This document shows, one piece after another, positions 1 to 13,807 of a stretch of DNA of 64,000 nucleotides (within the stretch, counting starts at the first letter, position 1; every line of letters starts with the position of its first letter). The stretch is from the NCBI RefSeq assembly GCF_037042905.1, contig NC_087252.1:22446001-22510000 (forward strand), read 5' to 3'. The translations under genes were made by a program, and so were the position numbers. This DNA comes from Lytechinus pictus. Its lineage: Eukaryota. The notes beneath the pieces were generated by a model. It worked only from the letters and a program-made list of their open reading frames with translations, was not told the origin of the DNA and searched no databases.

Positions 1-193
1 TACTTGTCTTCTTTCACACCCACACACACTTTAAAAGGCTAGAGCCCCGTTTCATTGAAAAAAATAATTACAACAACAAATGTAAAATGCTATAGCAAGT
101 TTACTATCAGCCAATCGAATCGAATGATTTCATAAACTTTAAAACGATATCATAATATGTTTTATGGAATGATCCGCCCCTGGTTCCACCACT

Positions 194-361
194 CAGGGGC
201 GGATTCAGGATTTTTTTCAAATGGGGGAACATTTTCCCAATGAAAATTTGACAAGCAAAAAAAAAACCCACGGCATATTTACATTATAAAGTTTTATTAT
301 GGCTCTCAAAGGGAGGGGAGGGGGCACTGGCCGGATGCCCCCCCCCCTGGATCCGTCACTA
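194..361. mobile_element. Small CAGGGGCG-terminated MITE
   Basis: Ends CAGGGGCGGATTCAGG / CCTGGATCCGTCACT; degenerate 8-bp TSD; absent at the paralogous site near 16875. Confidence 0.55.
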
Positions 362-1119
362 CTGCCACTGTCATAATATATTTTGTATATAGGCCTTTCA
401 CCTACCTTGGAGATAAAGGTAAATGGGGTGCAATTCAAATGAAAATTTGAGATGGTTCAACTTGAAGGAAAACAGTTGTATGACAACCATACTGATTATT
501 TACCTATACATGTATAATCCCGCGACACACACAAGGTAGGCCTATACATGAAATGGACAATCGACAATGAAACTGCCTTCCGGGGATGACGTTTTGTTAG
601 TGATTTTTACAGACTGATTTGCCCTTTGCCAATCAGAGACCTGTTGCATAAAACTTTTACCATAAAAAACTCTGACAATAAGATTTGCCAGAGTTTTTCT
701 TTTATGCAAAGGAAAGTAAAATATTACATCATTTTATCAATATCACGCCAAAATCTATCACAAAATTTGACTTTAATTGAAAGGGTCAACATTTTTGCTC
801 GCTCGCAGCTTTTCAGAAATATTTTACCATACGTCATAGGGTACCCTCATTTTGGAGCTCATTACTCTACTGGTCAAAGTAACTAAGAAAATATCTTCAT
901 GGAATGGTCTCCTAACTATGCTTCCTAAATATCACGAAGCTACATGTAGCATCAATGAAGTTTCAAAGCGATTTATTCATTTCATGCCGATCCGTGCCAT
1001 TTGGTACACTTTTGGACATCTCACTATGCCTTAATTGCATTCGAGAAGTTCCACAACTAGTGTTTAAAGAGAGGTTTTTGTGCCTTGGGTATAGATGCTC
1101 AAATCAAATGGGGTTTCTC

Positions 1120-4100
1120 TTAAAGTAGACGGTTGTTGTACATTTTTTCATAGAACGGCAATGCTTCGTTGGCCAACTGAACGACATCAGAGGTTACTGT
1201 ATCAAGCGACGGAAGGTCTTGAGGTTTAGAGAATCCCGTGCTTGAGATCACATTTGTTAGGTAACTCGTGTCCTGACTGATTTCAAAAGGCCACTTCCAG
1301 GATTGAATTACACCTAGAGATGGTTCCCATTTCAGCATTTGTGTTGTATACGGGAGTCCCACAGCCTTGCAGTACTTAGGCATCATCACGTCAGGGTTCT
1401 CCAGTAACTCCGAAGCATCAATGATAGGTGGTGCAGGATCGATGTTTTCTTTGATGTACAACCAGACGTCGTGTAGACTGCTGAAGAATTGGGAGGGGTC
1501 TCCCAGCAGCTCCTTGTGTCTTCGTAGATCGAACTCATCCTCGTTGGTTTCGTCTGCATGAAGTAGACTAACGTTTCTCAGTTGGTTGTAGTTGGCTTTA
1601 TGCAGAGATGAGTACACCAAGAGTGGATGGCGGATCAGAAAAGAGTGCCGATAACCTTTTGGAATAAATTCTCTCAGATCCCTTGATTGCATCGCTAGAC
1701 CAATGTCTTTCACGAATACGTTCTCTGCAGTGCAAGTCTCCAGCACCATTCTTATACTCTCATATCTGCAGAAGGACAGAAAATAATACATTGATTTTCT
1801 TTTGATCTGTGGGTGTGTGTGCGCGCGCGCGTGTGTGTGGGTGTGTGTGTCAGGGGATGGTGAGTTGATATTTCAAAGACGAAACAATCAGATCGGGTCT
1901 ATAAAGCCAGGGTTACACCGGAGCCGAATCAGCTGCGAATCCATCCAAATACACGTATTCGGGTGGTTTCGGGATAGGTTCTGCTCTCCCTCCGCGAATG
2001 CAAAAAAATTCAGGAAGGACTCGGAAATATTCGAATCCACCTAGCCATCCTAAATAGGCCGAAAATTCGGTTTTGGTGTATAACCCTGGCTTTAAAGGAA
2101 GATATAGGAAATATGTTCTGCAACGCTCCCCCCATCAAAATGGGTCTACAATAATTATATTCATAACAAATAAGGAATTCTGGTTATAGACTTAAGGAGA
2201 ATGGTCTAGGTAATAAATGGTTTTGTCGGGGTATTAATAACATTATCATAATTATCAGGACCGCCAGAGGCGTCGATCCTGGGAGGGGCAGTGAAATTAA
2301 AATATTTGGGGGGGGGGGGCAAACAAATCGTTTTGCCCCCCCCCCCCCCTCAATAATTCCGCATATGCAAAAATAAAATAAGATTGTAATGTTACACATA
2401 AATCAGCAAGCGAGATTGAGATACCAACTCGTTCTTTATTAAAATCGTGCTCAAAATATCCGCTTTTCAGATTGGAATATAAAAATTTTCACCTCGAGCT
2501 TCGCGCTCGCATCATTTCTGTAGCAAAAACCCATACTTTTCATGATTAAATAGGTGAATAGAATGTCCCGTTCTCAGTTCTAAACCTCAAAAGAACCTGC
2601 TTCGATTTGAAATAATCTTTTGTTGGATATATATCTTGTTATTTATTAAAAACGTCCATTAAATTGTTTTTCCAGATCGAAATATCTAAATTTTCAGCTC
2701 GCGCTCCGCGCTCGCATCTACTGTTCGTTTAGATACCCATCTTAATCATTGGTATAAAAAATGCTTAGAATATCAAGCTTTCAGGTCAGAATATAAAGAA
2801 ATTTCAGCTCGCTCTCGGCACTCGCATTATTTGTGTAGTGAGATACATATATCTATCCTCCTCATGAGTTACTACAAACAGTCCTAAACAGGTCCCTTTT
2901 TTCCTGTTTTCATGTCAGTATACTAAAAAGATTCAGCTCGCGCTTCGCGCTCGCATTAATTTGTTGGTGAGATATGTGTTTCTTTCTCATGAGTCGTATA
3001 TATATATATATGCATATATATAATATAGGCCTATGTGTGTGTGTGTGGGTGAGTTTGTTCGTTTTGTGTGATCGAGCGCCTTTTGGAACGTTGATTCATG
3101 ATTTTGCCCCCCCCCCCCCCAATCTGAAAAATGGATCGACGCCCCTGATCAGGACCCACTGGCAGAACAGTTTTGGGAACTGAATTGGCCACCTTGGAAA
3201 ACATTACGTTATTATTATTATCATTATTGTTATCATCATCATTATTATTACCATTATATGACAGAAATAAAGAGTTTGCTATAATTTTTACCAATGTTTT
3301 CTAAGTGTAGGCTGTAAGTTTTCTTCCTAAATGATATTAATTGTGCGATCACCAAACTTTTAAATGTGGTAATATAAGAGTACATCCTAAGTCTAATAAC
3401 TTCTACATTTTTTTAATTGTTATTTGAAATGTGATTGATATGACTCTTACATTTCATGTCTTCGTCTATATGTATTACAATGAATTGAATTATTTTAGAG
3501 CTCAATATCTCTTTATTATTCATATATAATTCATCTATATTCAAATTTTAATTACCAAATCTCATGAAGTACTTTTTCTGTACATTCCATATCAGATATC
3601 CACAAACTTACTAACAGTTTTAATAAAAATTGTGACTCTGCATGTTTCATTAATATACTTTATTATCAGCAAAAAATATAAAATTAATAAGTGAAGAACA
3701 AGTAGGTAAATCATTTGTATACAGTGGCGTAGCTACGGGGGGCATGGGGGGCACGTGCCCCCCCCCCCTGAGATTTGGTTTGCCCCCCCCCCCCTAGGTG
3801 CCCCCCTGAAAAAAAGGGAGAAAGAAGAAAAGAAAAAGAAGGGGAATGACAGAAGAAAAAAGAAGAGGAAAATAAGAGGAGGAAGACAAGTGAATAAAAT
3901 AAATTTTGGGGGAAGACTTGTAAAAAAAAAATGTTCATGTTACTAAATGAAATTTTCTCTCGCGCTTCGTGCTTGATAAGATTCATATCTAGCTCAATAG
4001 GCTGATATGGAGCTTAAACAAGTTTTGAAGTCAATGTACAAAACATATTTCTGCTCGGACATCGAGATTTCATTATATTTGTTTCCATTTACAAATTTAG

Positions 4101-6211
4101 TGCACTCTGTAAAATGTCCGTTAATATGGCCTACATAATTATCAACATTTTAAGATCACGCTGGGTGGTCGCATTATTTGATTTGCCAAGTTCCTATTGT
4201 CTTTGTGTATTCCATCAAGTTCTCAAAATATCAATTTCAGATGTGACTGTCAAAATGTAGGCCTATTTAGCGCTGTGCGCTCGCATTTTGATTGGTTAGT
4301 ACACTATATCAATTCTATATAAGCAAACAAAAACCCCAGGCCTTTTCATTACATTGTATTTTTTTAAATTCAGTTCGCGATTAGCGCTCGCATTAATTGT
4401 TAAAAATGTATTAACCATTGTAATGACTATTCATAAGTTAAAAATGCTCAAAATTCCTTCCATACTGTCACTACGCATATTAGATTAACAAATAAAGAAA
4501 ATATCATTTTCATGAATTCCTATTAACCAATTTGGGTCTTTTCAGAATGGAATATCGACAAGCTTAGGAATAATAGGAAGATAGTCATCATTTTCATATG
4601 ACAAAATATCCTTAGAATGTGCCGGTCCTTGTTAAAACGATAAAAAAATATCAGCTTGCGCTTCGCGCTTGCTAAATCCATTGAGTGTGATCCACATCCA
4701 CTTCTCAATTTTCCTACACAATACCTAAAATAGTGTGTAAATTGATTTTTTTCAGATTGTAATATCAAATGTTTTCAGCTCGCGCTTGCAATATTAATCT
4801 TCATGATTAAAAAATGTATTCAGAATGCCTAAATTATAGGTCTAAATCTAAAACTAAAACAAGCACACGCATGTTTATTGAGACAGCCTGCATGTTCTTT
4901 ATTTAAAATATGCTTAAGTTTCAGATCAGAATATCAATAATTGTCTGCTTGCGCTTCACGCAGAATATGAATAGAGTGACCCGCTTTTAGGTCTAATATC
5001 TAAATTTTCTTCCGCTCGCGCTTCGCGCTCGCATCAAGTGTTTTGTTACATACCTATCCAATTAATGATTACAAAAAGTGCTTAGGATGTCAATTTTTCA
5101 GGTTGGCATGTCAACAAGTTTTAGCTCGCGCTTCGCGCTCCCATTATTTAAATATGTACCGTATTTGTGGGTAGCTGTAAACATGTCCTTAACAGGTCCC
5201 TTTCCGATCATGATAGAAAATTTATTAAAAGTTTCTGCTCGCGCTTGTTCGCAGTAATTATCTAGTTACATACGCATCTTGTTCAGGGTCACAAACATTG
5301 TCCAGAATGTTAAATTTTCAGGACAAGATACATGAAAGATAACAAAAAATCGCTCGCACTTCGCGCTCGCACTGTTTTATATTGGGCTTATGAGATTATT
5401 TCATATTTATGTTGTTTTGTAAGAATAAAGCTAAGAAGTGACTGATCGGGACAATATAGGTGGAGATAATTTTGGGCCCCATCCCTATTGGCGAAAGTGA
5501 GATCAGCCCTTGTGACACATACACACACACACACAGAAAAAAGGTGCCCCCCTGAAAGAGCAAGGATCCCCCAGTGCCCCCAAATAAAAAAATCCTAGCT
5601 ACGCCACTGTTTGTATATGATTATATGGAATAAAACTGGGCCTGAAATGGAGCCTTGCGGTAGGGTACATTTTACAGATTTGAAAGTAGATTTAAAGGAA
5701 TTGTATAAAGTATAAAGTGGCATTTTCGTTTAGAAAATAAGCCTATTAAAAAGCACACAATGATCAATATGTACAGTCCAAGGTTTTTTTTATGTAGAAC
5801 CATCTGGACTAACAATAAAGCACGACATTAACAAATTGTTTGTATTGTTCATAGTATGATAGTTTCTTATTTTCGGCACATCGTGCAATATACGATTCAA
5901 CACGACACATTATATACTTACGACAACGCTTCTGGTTGGATCTTTCGCGCTACCAATTTCCCAATATAATGAGCTGCCTTATCAAAGGCGGCCTCATTTC
6001 CCTCATACGATGTCGGCAGATCGATGCCCTCGTTCAACTCATAGTTGATCTTTGCGATATTGGCATATCCGAATGGCTCGGGCCATATCTCGACCCCAGT
6101 AATCTGTCCCATCGAGCGTGTAAACGCTGTGGATACACATCTGTAGGTAGTCCACAATATTACTCGGTTTGGCATGTTGGAAGAACATACGGGCTGGGAT
6201 GGTCCGGACAT
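1120..6211 (-). CDS. P-loop sulfotransferase-like protein (Sulfotransfer_5 / BCAT-like N-terminal type), paralogue 1, 311 aa
   Basis: Exons complement(join(1120..1765,5922..6211)). The GT-AG intron is phase 2 (TC|A = Ser) and the total is 936 nt. Motifs RVILWTTYRCVSTAF..EPF, VFVKD, HSFLIRHP..VYSS and PIIDASELLENP..YCKAVGLPY..MLKW match this family. An acceptor TTTACCAG immediately before the ATG implies an unlocated upstream exon. Confidence 0.85.
2265..3147. mobile_element. Non-autonomous hAT-like DNA transposon (family copy 1)
   Basis: TIRs CAGAGGCGTCGATCC / GGATCGACGCCCCTG; TSD ATCAGGAC; other copies at 7315-8273 and 19045-19925. Confidence 0.8.
3722..5609. mobile_element. 1.9-kb non-autonomous hAT-like DNA transposon
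   Basis: TIRs CAGTGGCGTAGCTA / TAGCTACGCCACTG; perfect 8-bp TSD TTTGTATA; empty site present in the paralogous intron near 20492. Confidence 0.9.
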
Positions 6212-7314
6212 TCTGGTAAATGTATAGCACACTTGAAGATTGGATTGAAATTATTACTTTCTTCTGGGCTTATGGCTGCCCCGAGCTGTGTACTGTAGAT
6301 GTGTATCGTTTTGATGAGCGTATTGCAATATCAGATCTCAATATATAGGCTGCTCACTGTCATGATAATACCGTTAATGCTACATTTGGTACGCAAACTT
6401 GGTGTTTTTATAACCCGACGACCTTGGCAGTACTTGGTATTATTGTTGTTTTCCGTTCATCTGTTTCGGTAAAGAAAAACACTTTTGTTGGGGCCGATGT
6501 CTGCCACAACCATTCATTCATCAAGGGCGACAAGAGAAGAACATATGAGGGCGTAGAGACATGCAGATAACGTGGTGTGTGGTGTTAATTATTAAACCAT
6601 AAACAGAAACAGAAAAAACGGACACCCCTGCATTGTCCAGAAGACAAAAGAAAACATCATGAGTATAAGATAACATAAATTATTATTACAAGTTGTACCA
6701 TCAGTTATCAGACTTCTGTACAAATAAGCAGTTTGGTATAAGTAAATCGATATGAAATATCAATTGTAGTTATTTCACCAAGCAATATACAAAATTCATG
6801 TTATCATATTATAATATTAGTTGGATGGCTCAGAATGGAATACAAGAAATATTCCAAGAGTTCGGTAAACATTCCACGAATCGCAGATGAGTGGAATATT
6901 TCTGGTATTTCATGAAATAACGCCATCCAATGTAATTATTATCATCTGTCCCATGCACTCCCCCCCCCCAAAAAAAAAAGAGGGAGAAATTTGATTTAAC
7001 ACGTCATATCACTTTATGTCATTTATCGTTTTTTTGGTCGTTGACATGGGACTTGCATGTAGTTCATTGTGACGTCATGGAGCGTAGGTGCGCTCTATGC
7101 TGCGCATCGCATTGCTTTCATTGTTGTACGCGTTGTATATTTCACGCATTCGCGCATGCGCCCTTAACTGTTGAATAAGCTCTCATATTCAATAGCAAAT
7201 TTTGTATGGACATTCGTCGGATTTCGGTCCTTTTTAGGAATACGCTCTGATACTGTACGGGCAATTGATGAAGACCAAAATACGCGTTTTTATTGCATCG
7301 CTAGTACACTCTAT

Positions 7315-7501
7315 CAGGGGCGTCGATCCATTTTTCAGATTGGGGGGGGGGGGCAAATTAATGATCCAACTTACCAAAGGCGCTTGATCACACAAAACAA
7401 ACAAACTCACCCACACACAAACACACACACATAGGCATGTATATATATATATACATATATATAATTTGTTGGTGAGATATGTGTCTTTCTCACGAGTCAT
7501 A

Positions 7502-7533
<32 letters not shown>

Positions 7534-8273
7534 CATACATATATATGACTCGTGAAAAGGAGACACATATCTCACCAACAAATTAATGCAAGCGCGAAGT
7601 GCGAGCTGATTTTTTTTAGTATACTGAACTGAAAACAGGAAAAAGGTACCTGTTTAGGATTGTTTGCAGTAAATCATGAGGAGGATCTCACTACACAGAT
7701 AATGCGAGTGCCGAGAGCGAGCTGATTTTTTTTATTCTGACCTGAAAGCTTGATATTTTAAGCATTTTGGTACGATTAAGATGGGTGTCTAAAATAACAA
7801 TAGATACGAGCGCGAAACGCAAGCTGAAAATTTTGATATTTCGATCTGAAAAAATTGACAGTTTAATGAACGTTTTTTATAAAGAAAGAACAAGATATAT
7901 ACCCAACAAAAGATTATTGCATATCGAAGCGGGAGTTCTTTTGAGGTTTAGAACTGAAAACGGGACATTCTGTTCACCTATTTAATCATGAAAATTATGG
8001 GTTCTTGCTACAGAAATGATGCGAGCGCGAAGCGCGAGCTGAAAATTTTTATATTCCAATCTGAAAAGCAAACATTTTGAGCACGATTTTAAATAAAGAA
8101 CGAGTTGTGTATTTCAATTTTGCTTGCTGATTTCTGTGTAACATTACAATCTTATTTTATTTTTGCACATGATAAATTATTGGGGGGGGGGGCAAAACGA
8201 TATGTTTGCCCCCCCCCCCAAATATTTTCATTGGTGGGGCGATCGCCCCCCCCCCCCAGGATTGACGCCTCTG
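7315..8273. mobile_element. Non-autonomous hAT-like DNA transposon (inverted copy of the 2265-3147 family)
   Basis: TIRs CAGGGGCGTCGATCC / GGATTGACGCCTCTG; perfect 8-bp TSD CACTCTAT. Confidence 0.85.
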
Positions 8274-8291
8274 CACTCTATATAGATGATG

Positions 8292-9635
8292 ATAAAGCAA
8301 TATTGACTGGCCTCAGGGCGATACGGTGTATATCGCCCGAGTCCTAGACGAGGGTGATATCAATTTAGTGAGGGCGATACTCCTTTCGCCCCCAGGCCAG
8401 TCAATATTGCTATTATTAACCAAATCAGACATCAAGAGCAAAAATCGTTAAAATTTAGATATTTTAGAGCTTCAGAAAGGGAATCTATTTTGTCATGTTG
8501 AGCAGACTGGGTCTCTGAACTTTACCATTGTGACGTTATTGAAATGATGCATCCCTGGCCTGGACATGCAATATCCAGCGTTGTCTCAACTTGATAAACA
8601 TTGTGACGTATAGCACTGCGCGGTTATTTAACCAAATGATTTATGCCACAATCACATATAACCATCGGAGTCAGAAATGCTTTGATATATCATAATTTCA
8701 GGTGTTTATTCTTTTCCGGAAAATTAAGCTTACATGTATAATATTATATGATAATGTATATTGTAATACGACAATTTATATTATTAACCATCGGAGTCAG
8801 AAATACTTTGATATATCATAATTTCAGGTGTTTATTCTTTTCCGGAAAATTAAGCTTACATGTATAATATTATATGATAATGTATATTGTAATACGACAA
8901 TTTATATTATTAACCGTATCAGATATCTGAGTAGGGCAACTTTAAGACATTATTGGTTGCTTATGACTGTGGTCAAATGGTCGGTCAATAAGTTTCCAAT
9001 TGTTTATCCACGGACCCAATTTATTGCCCGCTCAGGAAAGTCAATGAGAAAATGCGTGGAATTGTAGCGGGCAATAAGGCAGAGCTAACATCCGGAAATT
9101 CTACGCGTTTTTGTACGCGTCCTTGAACCGCGCAGTGCTATACGTCACAATGTTTATCAAGTTGAGACAACACTGGATATTGTGTGTCCAGGCCAGGGAC
9201 GTGTCATTTCAATTACGTCACAATGGTAAAGTTCAGAGGCCCAGTCTGCTCAACATGACAAAATAGATTCCCATTTTGAAGCTCTAAAATATCTAAATTT
9301 TAACGATTTTTGCTCTTGATGTCTGATTTGGTTAATAATAGCAATATTGACTGGCCTGAGGGGCGAAAGGAGAAATATCGCCCTCACTAAATTGATATCA
9401 CCCTCGTCTACGACTCGGGCGATATAAATCTAGTTAGGGCGATATACGTCGTATCGCCCCGAGGCCAGTCAATATTGCTTTATTGTCGTATTACAATATA
9501 CATTATCATATAATATTATACATGTAAGCTTAATTTTCCGAAAAAGAAAAACACCTGAAATTATGATATATCAAAGTATTTCTGACTCCGATGGTTATAT
9601 GTTAGAATTTGGCATAAATCATTAGGTTGAATAAC
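8292..9635. repeat. Complex nested inverted-repeat element
   Basis: 8292-8626 is inverted at 9127-9483; 8625-8775 is tandemly duplicated at ~8788-8915 and inverted at 9483-9635; each main arm has its own internal palindrome GCAATATTGACTGGCC...GGCCAGTCAATATTGC. Confidence 0.75.
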
Positions 9636-11851
9636 TCACCCTACTCTAATAATGGCCCAGGAATATATGTCTACTGGTCAGCTGCGCCCATGCATGGTCA
9701 GCAGCCATGAATACTCAACAGCCTCTATATCAGCGGCTATAAAAAAAGGAATAGATCCGTTATCTACTATGTATTTCATCATATAAATCGTTACTTTAAA
9801 AAACAACAACAACAATTAATTTCGCAAACCCAAACCGGGTCTGATACTTAAGACTATATCATCAAATATTGCAAGCAAAGATCACAAAGAGTATGCTGAT
9901 ACATTCCATCACTATTTTGGTGAATAAAACATGCCGTATAATAAATGCTAAGTGATTAAATATCATCACTGTCAATCAGATAAGCTGCATGAAATATTAA
10001 ACAGTCTATTTTCTGGTACATAGTGAATATTATTGTGTGCTCCAAGATTCAAAAGTTATAAACTGGATACATACCGACACACTCCAAAATGTAAAACAGT
10101 GTGTTTTTCTAACACTACTGTGTCAGGATAACAATGAACAATTCCATCAAAACAAGAATATTCTTCATGTAGCAAGATCCTTCCTATGAATTCCAGCAAA
10201 GTAATAATTGGTGCAAACATACGGTCAAATGCTAATGTGCAGCTTCCAAAAAGGTCAACAAGCAGAAAAGCCGCGACGACTTCGTTTTGTGTTGTGCGCG
10301 GAATAAATGTCACTGCCCAGCTACCGGGCCTTGCCTAATATATCTCCGCATTTAAATATTTATGACGTCACATTCTAAAGCATCAAAATATGATATGCTA
10401 GTGAATACAAAGTTAAATCGACATCAATGTGTCATATTTATATCTGTGTATTTATATTCATGTATATATGTCCAACAATTGTATAGTAATATATTTTTTT
10501 TTAATAATAAAGGGGAGGACTATTTTTCCTCGGTGGGATGATACGAGACCCACGTGACCCCAAAAGTGATTAGGTTTCGCGTTCTGTGATAAAATTTTAC
10601 CACACCCGAATTGGTCGTATGGTGGTAAAAAATAGAAAAATCAAGGAGAAAAGATTAAGAAATTAGTTTGGTCACTACACTTTTGACCATGCTTACTGAC
10701 CCGGTGCCTGTTGGGAATAGTTCATTTTTGCTGTTCTTTACGAAGATAAAACCTTGAAAGACAAAGATATCATTCTTTTCTTGTCCTCTTAGAAAACATA
10801 TTTCATATTTTTGCCAATTTTACAGGGTTTTTTTTGTTCAATGTGCATTAAGGTTATGTTACTTGATTTATTATTCGTTTGAGTATTTTGTCCTTTATCT
10901 TTTGATCAGAATGCTACAAAAAAATATGAAAACATTTAAAGATGTTTATTTGAAAGATATAGATTTAATCATCTTAAATAATTGTACGTCATTCGCTGAT
11001 AACAAGGCAGACATTCGTTACCTTGCGAACCTATATACCTACTTATACTGTCCATATCAATTCATTCCTTTATCAGACGTAGTCTTCATAAACCGATGTA
11101 TGACAATAATAATAGTGATAATAATAATGATAAAATTAATAATGATAATAATGATGATAATGATTATAATGATAACAATAATAATTATTAATAATAATTA
11201 TGTAAGTTTGCCAAATCGGTTAGAATAACTGCCTCTGGCCACCATAATGGGCCCTGCATAACATAACACGTTATAATTACCCTTCTCCAATCTAAATGCT
11301 GAGTGAACAGCAAGAAGACAGACTGGGCCATGATTCGAACTTACGACCGTCCGTTCATGAGGTGGGTCCTATACCAATGGACTTCCACGCACGGTTGTAC
11401 TTTGCCTCATCAAACAGGGGCGAATACAGCTTCCGCATTTTCCCGGAAAGGCCACTCAATTCTAATAAACAAGATAATTGTATCTTATCAAAAGCAATGC
11501 GAGCGCGAGCAAAACTTTTATATACTGACATGAAAGTTTTTTTTTTCTAAGTCTTGATCCCCTCATGGCCTCATCTTATTTCATTCACTCGTCCTCGTCT
11601 TATTTTCATCTTCCTTTTTCTCCCCTCATTTCTCTTCTTTTTTTAAGTGTTCACTCTTGAAGTGCATTTCCTGATGTTTCCTGATGGAGGTATTCTGGAG
11701 ATATTCATTTTCTGTAAAAGGGGGATAGTGCCTGATCTAAGTTTCCAAAGAGACTTCTCCATGTTTTGATATGCAAAAGAGGTAATCTAGAACATGAGCT
11801 AGCCAACTACAGGTCTATCATCATTATTAACGACTAATGACTATCGTTCAT

Positions 11852-13538
11852 CAGGGGCGGATCCAGCCTTCGCGAATAGGGGGGGGGGTGGAATTTTTTT
11901 ATCAGCCACATTTTCCCCGATCGGGCGCTCGAAGTTGATTTTTGTTTGTTTCATTGAAAGGGTCACTTCTAACCTTTATTCTTATGAATCAACATAAATA
12001 TATATAACAATCTCATAAGCCTTATTTAAATAGTGCGAGCGCCAAGCGCGAGCTACTTTTTTTATTTCATGTATTTTGTCCTAAAATTTGAACATTCCGG
12101 GCATTGTTTGTGATCCTAAACGAGATGTGTATTAAACTAAATAATTACTGCGAGCGTGAAGCGAGAGCAGAAATTTTTAGTATACGTTTTGATCTAATAA
12201 AAAAATGATCTGTTAACGGCTGCTTGCAGTAAGCCTTGAAGACGTAACATATTTCAACAATCAAATAATGAGAGCGCGAAGCGCGAGCTGAAAATTTTTG
12301 ACATTTCTACCTGAAAAATGGAAATCCTAAGCACTTTTTGTAATCATGAAAAGGATAAGTACATGTATGTAACTAAACAATTGATGCGAGCGCGAAGCGC
12401 GAGCGGAAAAATTCGAGATTTACACCTAAAAATGGGACACTCTATTCATATTTTGGAAATCATGAAAAGGATGAGTAATTGGATATCTTCCAACATTCAT
12501 ATTGCGAGCGCAAAGCGTGAGCAGAACATTTTTTGATACTGTGAAATGAATCGGGATAATGATTTAAACAGAGAACAAGCTGCATATCTGAATAAACATG
12601 CGGGCGCGTGTTTCAGATTTCGACCTAGAATCTGAGTGGGCATTCTAAATACCTTTTTTATCATTAAAATCGATAAAGTGAGCGCGAAGCGCGAGCTTAA
12701 AATATTTGATATTCCGATCTGAAAAGGGTCAATTTGAGCTCTGTATTTCAAGCACTTTGTAGGAAAATTGTGAGGTGGATATGGATCACATTAAAAAAAA
12801 AGAGCTTTTATGTTTCATTATTATTATCTTTAGTTTTGACATAGGACCATGACATTCCAAGAACATTATGTCATCATATGAAAATGATGACTATATCTTA
12901 TTATATCTCTTCCTAAGCTCGAGATGAAACTTGTCGATATTCCATTCTGAAAAAAGGGACAACTTGATTATTAAATTAATATCTTATTTATTAATCTAAT
13001 AAGCCTAATGTGAGAGCGCGAGATCTATTAATATTATGGCCTGAAAACTGGACATTTAAAACACTTTTGTATTTATGAATAAGATGCATGAGTTAATATA
13101 TTTTCAACATTATACGAGTGCAAATCGCGAGCCGGAATGTTAATATTCAGACCAAAAATGTTTTACAGAGCACTTTTTAAAAATCAATTTGTAAATCAAA
13201 CAAAATAATGAAAGTTCGATTTCCGAGCTGAAATATGTTTTCTATGTTGACTTCAAATTTTTGATATTTCAAGCTCCATATTAATGTGTTAATCACCTAA
13301 CAGGCAATGCGAGCGCGAAGCACGAGCGAATTTTGTTTATAGTGACATGAAAGATTTTTAAAATTATTTTCCTAGTCTTCCCCTCATCTAATTTTATTCA
13401 CTCGTCTTCATCTTTTTGTGTTTCCCCTTCATTTTTCTCCTCTCTTTCCCTTCTTTTTCTTTTTTTCTTTCTTTCCCCCTTTTTCGTTTATTTTTGCTCC
13501 GCCAATAGGGGGGCTCGGGCCCCCTGGATCCGCCTATG
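11852..13538. mobile_element. 1.7-kb non-autonomous DNA transposon with 5-bp TSD
   Basis: TIRs CAGGGGCGGATCCAG / CTGGATCCGCCTATG; TSD TTCAT; periodic internal GCGAGCGCGAAGCGCGAGC motifs. Confidence 0.8.
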
Positions 13539-13580
13539 TTCATTTTGGTCATATATCTCGCCAAAAAGACGCCTCAGCGA

Positions 13581-13807
13581 CAGTGGCGTACCTAGGATTT
13601 TCCACAGGAGGGCAAAACATCCGCCAAAAAAATTGACAACCAAAAAAAAAAAAAAAAAAAAGAGCTTCAAGCTCGTCAGGGGGGGGGGGGGGCAATAAAG
13701 GTCTTCAAGCTCATCAGGGGGGCAGGGATACGTCCTTTGCATGGGTTGTGGCTCGTCAGGGGGGGCAGACTGCCCCCTCTGCCCCCCCCCCCGTAGGTAC
13801 GCTAGTG
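13581..13807. mobile_element. hAT-like MITE
   Basis: TIRs CAGTGGCGTACCTA / TAGGTACGCTAGTG; perfect 8-bp TSD CTCAGCGA. Confidence 0.85.

Noticed and set aside
7070..7165. CRE and NRF1-like sites as the promoter of paralogue 1
   Set aside because: No counterpart upstream of paralogue 2 and the region looks repeat-derived; cannot be supported without TSS data.
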